DNA from: Heteronotia binoei
Taxonomy: Eukaryota
NCBI RefSeq assembly: GCF_032191835.1
Contig: NC_083226.1
Location: 38,130,001 to 38,194,000, forward strand
Reading direction: 5' to 3'
DNA length: 64,000 nt
In this document: one piece after another, positions 47,633 through 61,046 of the stretch
How the letters are laid out: each line of letters begins with the position of its first letter
Numbering within the stretch: position 1 is the stretch's first letter
Made by a program: the position numbers and the translations under genes
The notes under the pieces: model-generated
What the model was told of the DNA's origin: nothing
What the model saw: the letters and a program-made list of their open reading frames with translations, nothing else
The model's database searches: none

Positions 47633-49599
47633 GTGAGAAACTATTCCGCTGAATGCACAACCTGTCACACTGTAATGTTTAATGCTAAGTCAGGTCCTAG
47701 GCAGAGCAATTTATACTCCAGCATGTGGGAAAACATTCAAATAGGTTTCTCCCCCCCCCCGCCCCTCCCAAACTACTGTGTTTAAAAAAAAATTCTCCTG
47801 TCTTATCGTTCCTTGGGAAAGGATTATGAAGATGTATAATTAAGAAACTGCATCTGACAAGATGAATAATTCTCAACCTGTTGTGTGTGCGCTGGCCTGG
47901 AGCAGCAGAAGAAAAGAGATTTAAGCCTTCGAGGCAAGGGGCTTCCATCAGGAACCCTCCGCTCTCTTCATGATTGCAGGTCAGAGACTGGAATAATCAC
48001 AATCCAGAATCTTCCTTGTGAGAATCCAGTGACACTGACTGGCTTCTTTCTGCTAATACCAGAGTGAAACTGATTGATACATTATGGAGCAAATAGCTGG
48101 GTTTGGGGTCGAAACTCCACATCACATTTGAGTTGCGGGTCTCCAGTTCCTGTGCATGGAATTCCCAGGTCAAAGTGTGACTGTGGCACATGTGGAGAAA
48201 GTGTCCCTCCTGCACACCCCACTTCCCCATCTTAAAATGGTCTTGGGATGTGCCCTGTTGGGGAAACCCTCACAAATCCTCAAAAGACTCCCCCTGTCCC
48301 CAGCACACAAATCATTTCACATGAGGAAAATCTGTGTGTGTACAAGGCCAGCACCAGGAGTTCTGGCACGCTAGGCCGCACCCCCACCGGACCTGGGAAA
48401 GTAAGGGTAGCAGGACAGGAAGGAGGAGCACATATGCCGCTGCCCCACTGCTCTCGCCTTTCTAGATCTATGTAAACCCAGGAAGGTGAGAGCAACGGGG
48501 CAGCACATATGTTCTTTGGAGCCTGCCTGCCCTTGAAATGCAAGGGAAAGTAGGAATTGCATTGTTGCTCTGAAATATCTATGAACCAGTGGGTGAAAAC
48601 TGGTTAGTGAATAAGAATGATGACTTGTAACTGTATATTTTTAACAGAGTTATGAATGTTGCTACAAAAACTGAAGACTGTAGATAATTTATACAAATCT
48701 TTGAAGAGGTCCTTCTGAGAAGAAGTGAAATACAAAACAATCTCTTAGTAGATTCCTTGTTTGGGAAGATATCTGTATATTCTTTGGAGGAGGTCTTGGA
48801 TCCTCGAAGTGAAGACAAAATACTTTTGGTGACATTCTAATTTAACTTGTATAGAGACTTTGGATTTATGAATGCATTGGCTTCTGGCACAACTGTAAGA
48901 CTTGATTAATTTTGTATAAGAAGGATACTGAGACCAGTAGTAACACTTACAGTTTTGGACATTTGTATTTCGTTATTTGGGGTTATGATACTGGTGGTAT
49001 TGCTCTTGAGCTGAATATCTATGGGCCTACAGAAATAGCTGCTTCTTATAAGGGAGGGGGGCCAGAGGAGCTGTGCATTGGCCCTATGCCATTGCTGCCC
49101 TAATCAGATATAAAACTTCTATTCTATAAATTGAGAAGTTGCCTACCCAATTTAAGAATACTTGTTTCTCAGTCAGTTTTCTCCAAACTTTATATCCTTC
49201 TTCTATTTCAAGCCTTCTCATAAAGCATTTTATTTTTCTCAGAGCCATCTATGATTGTTGTGTTTGCCTGAGGACAGAGATGGTTTTTATCCTTTAGCTC
49301 TGTGATGCATGAAATGTTGGAAGCCTACCTGAAATGACATTTCTTCTCCCAATGGACAGCCCCTCCCCCTGGTAGGCACCAATGAAAACTTGCTGCTTCT
49401 AAAAAGGAGGGGGGGTTTTAAAAAATCAAAGCAGTGCTGAGCAGGGATTTCTAAAAGAATGATTTCCTACCAAAAAGGTAATCCACTTCACTTGCTCTGA
49501 TGCTCAGACACCTGCTGATTTGGCTCTTACAGTTTGCCAGTTGCAAACAGGGAACCAGTTTTTTCAGTTGGCTATTTGTCTATTTGTTGACTTTTCTAT

Positions 49600-50645
49600 G
49601 ACTGTTTGATCGGCCCCTTCCCAGCTGCACCGGCATTGCCGACTAGAGGCTGGGGGCCACTGTTGCCTTCCCGGAAGGAGGGAAGGCTGGCCCCACCTCA
49701 AACAGCTGCCGGGAAGGCTCATTGGGCGTGGTGTCGGGGCTATAAAGGCCCCAGCCCCGCCCAGCATGTCGCAGTTGCCTTTCGGCTCTCAGAAGGAGAG
49801 CATCTGCAGAGCTCTTGGGATCTCACATTTCAGCCAGGCACGGCGGTGCGTGCAAGGGGCAATGACGAGGTGTGCTTGCGAGGCGTCATAGACTCCTTCG
49901 CACGAGCGGCGGCTGTGTTTGGTTTTTCTTGTTCTTTTTTCAGTAAAGCGAGGGGTGAAGTTAAGAAGGGAAAAGGGGGGCTCGAGGATCACGGGGGCCA
50001 GGCCGATGGCCAGTCATCCCTCCCCCCCCCCCGTTTTTGTGGTTGCCTGAGTTGGCCTTACACCCCCCACACACACCCCTTTGCGCAAGCGACTGCGGGC
50101 GCTTGGGTTTTCGTCAGCTGATTGGAGGGAGTGGTGCAGCTGAGAAGGGGATAAGTGGGGGCTCGTAGGACGCAGGGGCCAGGTCGGCGGCCTATTCACC
50201 ACCCCTTTTTTGTTTGTGGGTGCCGGAGTTTGCCTCACACATGCACACCCCTACTTGTCTGTTAAGTGGGTGGTGGGTTTTTAGGCTTGGTGGCTGGCAA
50301 CTCTCCACTTGCCCCCCAAAAAACACATAGCATATATTACAGCCCCCGTGTGGTGGAGGAAGGAAAAAAACCCAGGGGGAGATAAGTTACCGTGTATGGC
50401 TGTGTTTAATAGGGGCATGGATAGGTTAGGCGATGGCTCCCAAGAAGGGTCAGGGCCCCTCTAAGGGAAAGCAGCCTGCGAAAAAGAGGGTGCAGCAATC
50501 CAGGTCACCTGGTGACTTGGGTGAGGAGGCCCAGTTACGGCAGGCCATCATTAGCCAGCTAGGTGTCTTGGAACAACAGCGAGGTGCTGTCAGGGCTCCT
50601 ACATGGGAGGGGCGACATAGGGTGACAGGCCGGTCATCAAGGTTA
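49600..50645 (+). mobile_element. Probable DIRS/Ngaro-like retroelement 5' end (CpG-rich leader and start of ORF1)
   Basis: TATAAA at 49741 after a GC box. ORF from 50433 (MAPKKGQGPSKGKQPAKKR...AIISQLGVLEQQRG) resembles squamate DIRS-type ORF1 N-termini as recalled. No RT or recombinase seen. Confidence 0.4.
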
Positions 50646-53394
50646 ACAATACAGACATTTTCTTTTAGCTCTGAATGGCTCATGTACCCACAGAATTTCC
50701 AGTGTTGTCTGTGATGTGTCATGGCTCATTCATGAGTCACTTGTGTAAGCCAAAATGCCCTCAAAACGAGGTTGGGGAATTGTCAGGTGGGCACCTGGCT
50801 TAATCAGGATCTTTTACCTGTGTATGCAGGATTCCACGTCCAGAAATTAATGCTTAAAAATATTAGGGACTCTAATTAAGTAAAACAATTAAAAATTTAT
50901 TCCAGAAAAATATAGGCTTCCATAAAAGATAAAATGCTCATAAAATCATACACACAGTCCTAAGAAAAATAGAGAGAGGTATAGAGAAACACATGGGTAG
51001 ATGAACAGGGTGATATTTACCGATTGTAGTCTTAAAGGAAGGCTCCAATAGTGACGAGCGAGGAAGTGGGAGAGGGGACCCGAAACTTGGCCTTAGAATT
51101 GGGGATGGATCTAGACAGCGGAATTGGGATACTGCTAGAAGCACACATGTGGGGAGCTGTGTTACAGGTTATATAGACTACCTTGAGCCCTTAGGGGACG
51201 GGAGGCACAGGGGTGGATGACAGGTGGTCAGCTGGTACATGACCTCAGAAAAAGGGAGGCTCTGCAGTGACCATAAGGGCTGGACTTCTGCAGTAGCCAA
51301 TAGCAAGTTAATTGGTGGCACCTAATTGGGTGTCCATGACTGACCAATGAACAAGCTTGGTCCAGGGGTACCTGGTTGGACTTTCAGGTTGCAATGGACC
51401 AGGGTGAGGCTCCAAAATGGGGAAAAGAATGGGGGAAATGACTGGGTGGAAGTGTGCTTGAATTTACCAAACTTATCTAAAAAGGTGACAATAGATGGCC
51501 AAATTGCTACCTAAGGTAACACCCAGTTTACACAAAGGAACTTGGCTCTGGCTGAAGATGGTCTTCCTCTTGTTCAGTCTTCTTCTTGGCACCAGTCTTT
51601 GTCTTGAGTTCCGTTAGACAAAGGCTTAGGTGGTCTGGCAGGATCCATGCCTAAGATAAGCTTGATTGCCTTATGCAGAAGTTGAAGCAGCTGTTGGATA
51701 CGTGAGTCTCTTGCTTTGCTATAATGGAGTCAGGAAAACAAGATGGATTCTGGTGGTGTTAGCCTTTGGTTCATGTAAACAGGCTGGAAACTGTTTGCCT
51801 GTACAGTTCATGGTGGTGTGGCTTCTTCCACTGCAGTGGCCAAGACTGGGCACACAAGGAGCAGCTGGAAGCTTGTCTGTAGTTCTGGCTAACATCCATC
51901 CAGAGATGTAGAATGCTGCTGCAAAGCTGAGGCTTATAGTATCCACATAAGCCTTAGAAACTGTGGGCAAAATTCACTTCTTAGAGCAGATGTGTGTGAG
52001 TCAAAACTCCCGGCACCCTGGCAACCATACTGGTGATCACAATGTCCATGTGCATGAAAAGTAGGGGGCTTTTTCTTACACTTGAGCTTGTCTCTGTTGC
52101 AGAAATTCTGCCTCTTGTACAGGCTGCTGATCAAGTGGAAAGGATCCGTGAAGTTAACTTCACCCATGTAGCTGGAATATGCCTTCATACTCCTTAGCTA
52201 GTGATGAATGGAGTCTGAAGTTTTGATTCAGAATTGATAAGTTAGCAGTGGACTAACTAAGAAGATTGCAGTGGACATCTGAAAATGATCTCCTTAAAAA
52301 ACAACCACAGATCAATTCTAAATCAATGATGCCTCAAGACACAGCATGTACTTTATGAAATCATCAGGAGGACACAGGAGTTTCTTCCCTATTTCACATT
52401 ACTTACCAGGGTGGGATTGGTGGAGACAGTCAAATCCACGCCTAGAGGAACTTTAGGTAGCTGAGAGGTCTCTTATAGCTCTAGCGTTCTGAGCATCTAG
52501 GCCTCTGGCAATGCAATTTCTTAAGAAGACTCAACTAGGATTTGGGGTAGACCTGTTTAGGATTGCTACGGGGGGGGGGGGCACTGCATTGTATCGAATG
52601 TAATTCACATTTGGTATCCAAAGACTACCCATTTGGTATCCAAAGACTACATCAAAACCCAGACAGGAGCAGGTATTGTGTGACAATCTGGCAGCAGTTC
52701 TCCCAGCTCATTGGTGTCAAACTAGGTGTGATTAGCAAATTTGAACACGAGGTATCCAGGAGATAACTGTCAACTGGGATGTAAGCGTGGTGACACATTT
52801 GAGGCTTGCAAATCAAAACTTGCCCTGTTAAGTGTCAACACATTTGCAATTTTATTTAATTTGTATTTAGCGCCGTGACAATGATGACCTGCATATATTT
52901 TCACTCTTTCTTCTCCATTTTGGTGGGTCTAAATAAATCATTATGATAAGTGCATTTTATGAATATTAATGTCTATGAATGTTAATTCAGTTCCCTTAAG
53001 CAATGGGCCTCTCTTTTTCATAGGTTCTCACCCTGATGGGTTTGTGACTGTCAGTAGGAAGCCACAGACTCCAAAGTGTTGCTGATATGAATTACATGGT
53101 TTATTGGAAGGCTTTACTGTGCAATAAACTACAAACGCAAATTGCAAACTGAATCAGATGCATGAGACAGGAATGCAGATGAAAAAGACATGGATGCAAA
53201 AGCATCATAGCGATGCACATAGTTAAAGAAGATTAATACGAACAGATTTAACAGGCATGAGCAAATGAAACAAAATTCCAAATCTTTAGAGAGCACACTA
53301 GATAGTGGAGCACTAAACCTTGCAAATACACTTGGAACAAAACACTGCAAACATACCAGCAATCAATGCATATTTGGGGTGTGTGTGTGTGTGT

Positions 53395-53620
53395 GTTAAG
53401 TATGGTAATGTCCCTTCTGACTTATGGAGGCCTTATGAATTAACATTCTCCAAAAAGTCCTATCAATTATTTAGCAGCCATTCTTGGGTCCTGCAAACTG
53501 AGGGCTGTTGCTTCTTTTATTAAGTCCATCCATCTCACGTTGGGTCTTCCTCTTTTCCTGCTGCCTTCAGCTTTCTCCAGCATTATTGTTTTGTCCAGGG
53601 ACTCTTGTCCCATTTTAGCT
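53395..53620 (-). mobile_element. RTE/BovB-like 3' fragment
   Basis: 'aagtccatccatctcacgttgggtcttcctcttttcctgctgccttcagctttctccagcattattg' is the rc of the BovB C-terminal MLGK.EG.RKRGRP..RWMD region. Confidence 0.75.
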
Positions 53621-54017
53621 TCCAGGAAAATTTCAGGCTTGATTTGGTCTTAGGATCCACTTATTTGTCTTTCTGGTGGGCCATAGTTTGTGTAAAACTG
53701 TCATCCAATGCCACATTTCAAAGGAAAGCTGCTATCAAAGAAAAACTGCTGCCAAAACTTGCCTCCCTCTTGGACTTTTCTACAGTTCGCTTGGGCAAAG
53801 GTGGTGCCACTTTGCCATGACACCCCTAAGAGGTGGAGAAAGAGGCATGTGGCTCAGTCTTCTCCACATTCAATGGCAAACAGGGTGCAGCAAAACCCCA
53901 GACCCATAACACCTTCCCAATATCCCTAAAAGAAAATGCTGGTCAGAGCTCTTCTTATTAGTTCTGAGACTGGTGTTTTTGTTCATCAGAGCTGGAAGGG
54001 TTAACTTGTGTCTTGGA

Positions 54018-54294
54018 TAGGGTTCCCAGCCTCCTGCTGGGGGCAGGGTTTCCCCAATGTTGGGGTCTCCAACCCACCATTACAGGATTGGCAAGCAGGG
54101 AAACCCCACAAAGAGCTCTGTCAGCCCTCAATGTACCCAGCATGATGACATCACCAGGAAGCAATGTAATCACACTGGGCACATTGTGCAGGGACACTTT
54201 AGCATTTTGGTAAACCCCCCCCCCATGGCACCATAGAGACCCCCCACACACACACACACAAAAAAGAATGCTAGAGTGAGACCTCGCAACCCTA
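54018..54294 (+). mobile_element. TAGGGTTGCC-family MITE
   Basis: TAGGGTTCCC / GCAACCCTA termini. Flanks GTCTTGGA / GTCCTGGG match at 6/8 positions. Confidence 0.72.
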
Positions 54295-55112
54295 GTCCTG
54301 GGGTCTTTTTGTTTCACAGTAACGAGCAGTAAATTATGGGGACTTCCAATGATGAGTTTCAGGCTAGAGTTCAAGGAAAGTACTCCTGTATAATATGACA
54401 GTCAGGGTGGAGATCTTTCCCCCCTTATATGTGGAACCCAGTCCTGTGCACTCTGGTTCTCATGGCATCTCAACAGCTGCTTGTCTTAGCTTATTTGACA
54501 AAGAAAATATCCCAGTTGTACTAGTTTCTGGGCTCATTTAGCTAAATCCACAAATTTTCTCAAAGCAATTAAAACAATCATACAAAATAAGATTTTTAAA
54601 AATCCAGTAATCCATACTTTTCTCCACCCCACAATATCATAGGGTCAAACATCATAGGGGTCATGTGGATGAAGGGATTTTCCATTATAAAAATCCATTT
54701 GGACAAAGCTTTAGACAAGCTGCCACCTGAAATTAAAGTTTTCTCTCAGTATTTAGAGATGTTTTCTCAGTCTTTACAGCTACTTATGGTTAGATGTTCC
54801 TCATGGAATGCGTAACGATCACTTGGTGCTGTACCCTTACAGCATTAACAAAAGTAACAATTTTTTGATGGAAAACTACATAGTCAGGGTTTGATTTTTT
54901 TAAATAGATGGAGGCAATAACTGTGCCAATTCATGCCAAAGAAGGTGCCAGATTAACATTTAATGTGCAGCTAGATCTTATATTGTTTTAAGGTTGTCAG
55001 TGGCAGCCTAAGCAGAGACCCTTCTAAGTACAGTAAAGTCAATAGGTTTAGAAAGATGTAGCTCTGTTTGGGAATGCACCGTTAGCATCATGGTGTCTAA
55101 ATGCAACTTCTA

Positions 55113-55325
55113 GGGAAGGGATGGTGGCTCAGTGGTAGAGCATCTGCTTGGTAAATAGAAGTTCCCAGGTTCAATCCCTGGCATCTCCAACTAAAAAGGG
55201 TCCAGGCAAAGAGGGTGAAAAACCTCAGTTTAAGACTGTGGAGAGCCGCTTCCAGTCTGAGTAGACAATACTGACTTTGATGGACCAAGGGTCTGAGTCA
55301 GTATAAGGCAGCTTCATATGTTCAT
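55113..55325 (+). mobile_element. tRNA-derived SINE with CR1-like tail
   Basis: Same family as 43932-44149. Confidence 0.88.
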
Positions 55326-55489
55326 AAATGTATATAGTATAGATGTTTTGGTGTTCAGGAGATAATCTGCATGTGTGATAATCTGTATATGATCATCATT
55401 GCAAGACTGATGTCAACCTATAGCCTCATTCTCGTGGAGCCTAAATGCAGAGGAATTCATGTTTCTAGCTCAAGGTGAAGGACTTTGGG

Positions 55490-55675
55490 TCATTTTTGGA
55501 GCATCACCATTGTATGGAGAATGTCCCAGGTTCAATCCCCAGGGTCTCTAGCTAAAAGAATCAAGTGATAGGTGATGTAAATGACCTCTGTTGGAGAACC
55601 TGGAGAGCTGCTGTCAGTTAAGAGCAGACAATACAGACCAATTGCTTGATTCAGTATAAGGAGTTTCATGTATCT
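55490..55675 (+). mobile_element. Diverged tRNA-derived SINE with CR1-like tail
   Basis: B box 'ggttcaatcccc' and 'cctggagagctgctgtcagt...gattcagtataagg'. Confidence 0.65.
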
Positions 55676-56452
55676 GCATATAGTTTGTAAAGGAACAAGC
55701 CAGCATTGTAATTCAGCTTTTTTGTCAAGACATTTCAGCTAGGGAAAATAAAGCCATGTGCAGAAACAAAGCTTGCAACAGTAGAAACAGGATGGTCCAA
55801 AGAGTCAGTAAACATTACGCCTACAATTTCAGTCTGTGCGGATGAAGACTTAGTATCTTCTGTTTCCTAAAAGCATTCTCTTGCCATTTCTGAAGAATAC
55901 CTAGAAAAGATGTCAGCTCCCCCACCACCAGATTCTCTTTGAATCTCTTTCCGTTCTTAAAGGGGATCAGGTGGGTTTCAGACTCATCATCATTCCAAAC
56001 CAACATCAGACAAAACCAGTTCTACAGCACAAGCACCTTTTTCACTCAGTCAATGGCTCTGTTTCATTTCAGCACAACCCAACCATAGCACTTCACAGGT
56101 GGATGACACTATGTGAGTGTTACCGAAGCAACAGAAAAAGTTCGGCTTTTAAACATTTTCAAAACGTATCATTTGTCGTGCATTTTTGCAATTTGCATTG
56201 AACATTTGCCTGATCTGTATTGATTTTTGGATTGTTCAGTCAGAGAAAGGGCACATTCTCTAATCTGTATAAAAGAGCAGCCACAAATATATTTATAAAC
56301 CACTGACAAATACACAAGGGAATGTTAAGGTTTATTTATTTGAACAAGAAGTTGCATTAATCGACTGATACCACCAGAGGCAGGGGAAAGTACTCTCTAA
56401 ATGAACACATATTCATGTATTTATACTGAGCCAGGCCATTGATATGTCTAAC

Positions 56453-56631
56453 CTGGGCTTTTTTTGTAGCAGGAATTCCTTTGCATATTAGGCCACACAC
56501 CCCTGATGTAGCCAATCCTCCTGGAGCTTACAGTAGGCCCTGTACTAAGAGCCCTGTAAGCTCTTGGAAGATTGGCTACATTGCGGGAGTGGCTTAATAT
56601 GCAAAGGAGTTTCTGCTACAAAAAAGCCTTG
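56453..56631. mobile_element. Fold-back MITE of the 'tttgtagcaggaa' family
   Basis: Inverted arms. Flanks TGTCTAAC / CATCTAAC match at 6/8 positions. Confidence 0.8.
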
Positions 56632-56659
56632 CATCTAACCAATATGGTCCATTTCAATG

Positions 56660-56820
56660 AGCACATGCAGCTGCCTTATACTGAGTCAGGCCACTGATTT
56701 ATCAAAAGTATTGTCTACTCTGACTGACAGCAGGATCTCAGGCAGAGGTCTTTCCCATCACCAGCTACCTGACCATTTTCACTAGAAATGTCAGGGATGA
56801 AACTTGGGAGCTTCTATATA
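56660..56820 (-). mobile_element. Diverged tRNA-derived SINE with CR1-like tail
   Basis: 'gctgccttatactgagtcagg...gtattgtctactctgactg...gatgaaacttgggagc' is the rc of the family. Confidence 0.65.
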
Positions 56821-57457
56821 CAAAACAGGAGGTCTACCAGCAAGCTATCAGGTGACCCCTTGAACCCACAGATAAGAACCCTAAGAGTTCTCCTTTACCA
56901 GCTCCTTCACTTCTGTTCCAGCTCCCCCATTCAGTCCATCATCTTGATGGGCTTTTGTCTTGAACAATGCAGATGGAAAGGATCGATGGGCAATTCAGTT
57001 GTCTTCTCAGGAGAGCTGAGAAATTATGCACACACAGCATGAACCTGCTACATCCAAGGGCTATTAAGTAGTATTAACTGATACAAAGAGTAATATGACA
57101 ACTTCACTTCTAATATCCACTAGTTCTATATGCTGAAGGATATTTCTATTTGCATCCCTCGCTTTAACCTTTCTGTTTGCTGCCATTATCCTAAAGCACA
57201 CCTAATGTCACAAGCAATATTTCATTCTGATCATATTGCAGTTAGGATTAAGATTTATACCTTTGCATACCATTTCAGGCACACACATTGTGCTTTCATT
57301 TGCATTCCTCGCTTTAACCTTTCTGTTTGCTGCCATTAGTTTCTTATCTGTGCTACAAGATTGACAAGGTTCAAATACTTGACACCAGTATTTTTCCCTT
57401 ATTTCCCATCGATCTCATCTCTGATTAAATTTAGGGTTTTAAAATAAAAGTACAGGT

Positions 57458-57555
57458 TAAGAACATAAGAAGAGCCCTGCTGGGTCAGGCCAATAGTCCA
57501 TCTAGTCCATCATCCTGTCTCACGCAGTGGCCAACCAGTTCCTCTGGACATGCAT
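57458..57555 (-). mobile_element. CR1 3' end
   Basis: 'aagaacataagaagagccctgctgggtcaggccaatagtccatctagtcc'. Confidence 0.75.
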
Positions 57556-57589
57556 AGAGTCCTGAATTATTTTGTGTCATCTGCAGACT

Positions 57590-58197
57590 TGGACAGTACA
57601 CTATTCATCCCTAGTTCACGATCTGAGTGAGTGGATAACAATGTGGCAAATGAAGTCCAATGTTAGTAAGTGTAAGATAATGCACATTGGGACAAAAATC
57701 TCAGCTTCAAGTATAGGCTAATGGATTCTGAACTTGCTGAGACTGAGACAGAAAAAGGTCTTGGCTTTGTAGTTCAATGAAAGTATCAACGCAGTGTGCT
57801 ACAGCAGTGAAAAAGGCAAACTCTCTGTTAACAGATTATTAGGAAGGGGACTGAGAATAAACAGTCAGTATAGTAATGCCTCTATATAAATCTATGGTGC
57901 AGATAGATTTGGAATACCAGTATCCTTATCTCAAAAAGGACACTGCAGAACAGGAAAAATTAGAAGGAAACTAAGATAATGAGGGGGTTGGAGTACCTTC
58001 CCTATGAGGGAAGGCTGAAGAGTCTGGGACTTTTCAGTTTAAAAAATAGATGACTGGAGGGGTGTGATAGAGGTTTATAAAATTATGCATGGGGCGAAGA
58101 GAATTAACAAAGATAATTATTTCTCCCTCTCCCAAAATACCAGGACTCAAGGGAATTCAATGATGCTGGTGGGCAACAGATTCAGGACAGAAAGGAA
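57590..58197 (+). mobile_element. CR1 LINE 3' ORF2 fragment, degenerate
   Basis: Decayed motifs W.MK.NV.KCK.MH.G, LPYEGRLK.LGLFSL and MIEVYKIMHG...TRTQG. Confidence 0.85.
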
Positions 58198-58759
58198 TAC
58201 TACCATGGACCTCTTCAAGATAGGTAATTATCAACCATCCCTACAATGTATTCTCCTTTCCTCTCTGATCTGCTCAGTTAGCTCTTGTATGTGTTTGCTG
58301 TGCAAACCCTTGTTTATCCTGTTTTCTTTTGCTGAAATTAAAAATGTTTCCTGTAAATAACTGCCTGGTTATTTTCGAGAGCTCTCATAGAAATAATCCC
58401 TGTATACAAGGTGGAGATCTCATGTCTGCCTCTCACTCTGTCTCCAAGCTAATTTCCCTAAACTAAGTGGAGACTGCCTACTTTGGGTAACAGTTTCTCA
58501 TGCTGGTATTTTGGTATTCAAGGATTGTCCTCATCTCTTCTCAAGAGCAAGGCGAAGAGATGGCCAGTGTGGGCAAACTGAGACAACATTACATTTGTAA
58601 GCTTAGAAAATTGGAAGGAACTATTAGATGATCTTCCCTGACTTGACTGGGAATAATTAAGAGGTAGAAGCCTAAACATATAGCCAAAAGGCACTTGATA
58701 CAGTCATCATTCTCTTCATGTATAAAGTTAGTAGTGGGGCATCAGTCAGCAATTTCTCT

Positions 58760-58935
58760 CCAGGCCAGTTTGTCAAGGGATCCTGGAGGTTTTTGCCATC
58801 TTCTGGGCATGGAGCAAATCTTCTGGGCATGGAGGATGTATGCATGGGGAGGAGGTATTTGTGAATTTCCTGCATTGCACAAAGGGGTGGACTACATGAC
58901 CCTGGAGGTCCCTTCCAACTCTATGATTCTATGCT
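58760..58935 (+). mobile_element. CR1 3' UTR end
   Basis: 'gtgaatttcctgcattgcac...gaccctggaggtcccttccaactctatgattctatg'. Confidence 0.82.
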
Positions 58936-59401
58936 TCCTAATTTATAGGAGAGTGCAGGAGAAATACCAACCTCTACTTCACTTATCTATCTAATGAAGT
59001 ATGTTTCTATCCAAAGAGTTCAGGGTCCTAGACACAAGGATTAGTGGTCTACAAGGAGCAGAGGCTTTTCTTTATGACAAGCTGGTGGGTTAAGCTGGGC
59101 TAAAAGAACTGGCTGACGGACCTAAGGTCATTGAAGGAGTTTCATGACAATGTTGGGATCTGAAGCCAAGAATCACATATCCTTATTTAACAATCTAACC
59201 ACTAAACAACACTATCTCTTTGCCTTCTTAGAGTCTGTTGTTTCAGGCACTTTTGACCCTTTCTGGTTGGTGCCAGTAGGAAAAGGAGAAAAATGCTGAG
59301 AACAGTGGCTGGAGCAGAGCTGCTAAAAGGTGGGAAGCTAGTGGAACAAAATGCCTGGGGCTATAGGTATTCTGAGTTGCCTTTCCAGTTTGGTGTAGTG
59401 A

Positions 59402-59675
59402 GAGCCAGTTTGGTGTAGTGGTTAAGTGCACGGACTCATATCTGGAAGATCCGGGTTTGATTCCCCACTCCTCCACTTGCACCTGCTGGAATAGCCTTGG
59501 GTCAGCCATAGCTCTCGTAGGAGTTGTCCTTGAAAGGGCAGCTGCTGTAAGAGCTCTCTCAGCCTCACCTACCTTACAGGGTGTCTGTTTTGGGGGGGGG
59601 GAAGGAGATTGTGAGAGCTCTGAGACTCTGAGATTCAGAGTATAGGGCAGGATATAAATCCAATAAATCCAATCC
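59402..59675 (+). mobile_element. Uninterrupted tRNA-derived SINE with L2-like tail
   Basis: A/B boxes 'ggtgtagtggttaag...gtttgattcccc'. Serves as the empty-site reference for 7741-9083. Confidence 0.87.
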
Positions 59676-60849
59676 AATATCTACTTTCAGTGCCCTTGCC
59701 TGAGTTGATCAGGTATCATGGATGGTTCACAAACCCTCAAAGAGCAAAAGAAAGATCAGACATCTGGATAAAACCTACGTAGTTTATTTGCCCGTTTGTT
59801 TATTTGATTTGCATATTATGCGATTAGCTTTCATACAACATTTGTTATAACAGATGTTTCATATAACATCTAGGTGGCATGATAGGGATCTTTGCCTCTT
59901 ATGGTGGTTCTCAGCATCTCTAGGTCTGAGTTGGGCATATGATAGTAATTGTGAGAAGCACAGTGGCCCTCACCTGAATACTCTTTACTCTTACTCTGGC
60001 TTGCATTGTACAGCAATGGTGTAGGGAAGTGTTAAAGAAATGTGTCTGCCGATGTCGTGTCTTGTTTGGCCTATACACATGGCCAATTGTAATAGAGTCA
60101 GACAATGAAGAATGCCACTCTATCAGGCTCTCAATTTCCTCTTGGCACAGTTGGCTAAAACAACAGTTTAGCAGAGGTGGGAGAGAGCTATAGCCATTAG
60201 CACTCCATTAAATTATCCCATTATGTTAAAGCGTGAAAAACATGACCTCTTACACTCTCCTCTTTATTATCCTTTTCTTCTTCTAGTTGAATGTTACATG
60301 AACCAAGCAGAGGGTTGGTCCCAGCTGTTCTGGACTAATGGACCAAATGAAGGGACTCCTGGTAAAGGAGAGGAGGAAAAACACCATGCTGAATTTGTCC
60401 ACAACTGGGTGAGCAGCAGGTTTACTAAACTCCTACAAGGGATAGCTTTATATATTGTCTGCACTTGAAAGCACATATTTGGAAAGTAGCTTTATTTTAA
60501 ATGTCACAAGGGAACAGCCAAAGATGATATTACAGAGTCTGAGGTTGGCATAGTGTATCAGGATTTCTCCAGGCACTGTGTTTGGATTAAGAAATGTTAT
60601 CACCCCTGTTGTATTTTATTTCAGCTTTTCCCCAGAAGTATGGGAGGTGGTTGGATGGTTGATTTTTGTGGGTGAAAATTTCTCAGAAATAAACAAAATG
60701 AAACCTAGCTGTTTTTACCCTGTAAGCTGATAATAAACTCTTTCATTGCCCCAGCTGTTGACTGAGGTGAAGTCACAGAATGGTCACAGACATTCAACAG
60801 GAAGGTTAGGTTAGTTGGGTAAAACTTCTCTCGCGTGCACACACACAAA

Positions 60850-61046
60850 CAGGGCTTTTTTTTTTTACAGAACTCACTTGTAGAACTCATTAAGCCACAC
60901 CCCCAATGTCACCATTGTTTCACACAGCACTTTTTTGGTATAAAAAGCCCAGCATGAACTCATTTGCATATTAGGCTATATCCCCTGATGCCAAATCAGC
61001 CAAAACTGTGTTCCTGTGCATTCCTGATCAAAAAAAGGCCCCCCTG
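60850..61046 (-). mobile_element. Octamer-carrying MITE, same family as 42479-42701
   Basis: CAGGGCTTTT start and ATTTGCAT at 60962-60969. Confidence 0.72.

Noticed and set aside
48640-48990. L1 ORF1 or inter-ORF remnant
   Set aside because: Only compositional similarity, with no diagnostic motif.
51620-52200. Decayed retroelement pol or gag on the minus strand (HSF*GLCGYYK resembles an RT motif)
   Set aside because: A single short motif with stops and no supporting flanking motifs; needs an HMM search.
52608-52652. 22-bp tandem duplication (also a 15-bp one at about 16905-16935)
   Set aside because: Ordinary slippage duplications; two copies only and no spacer structure, so not CRISPR-like.
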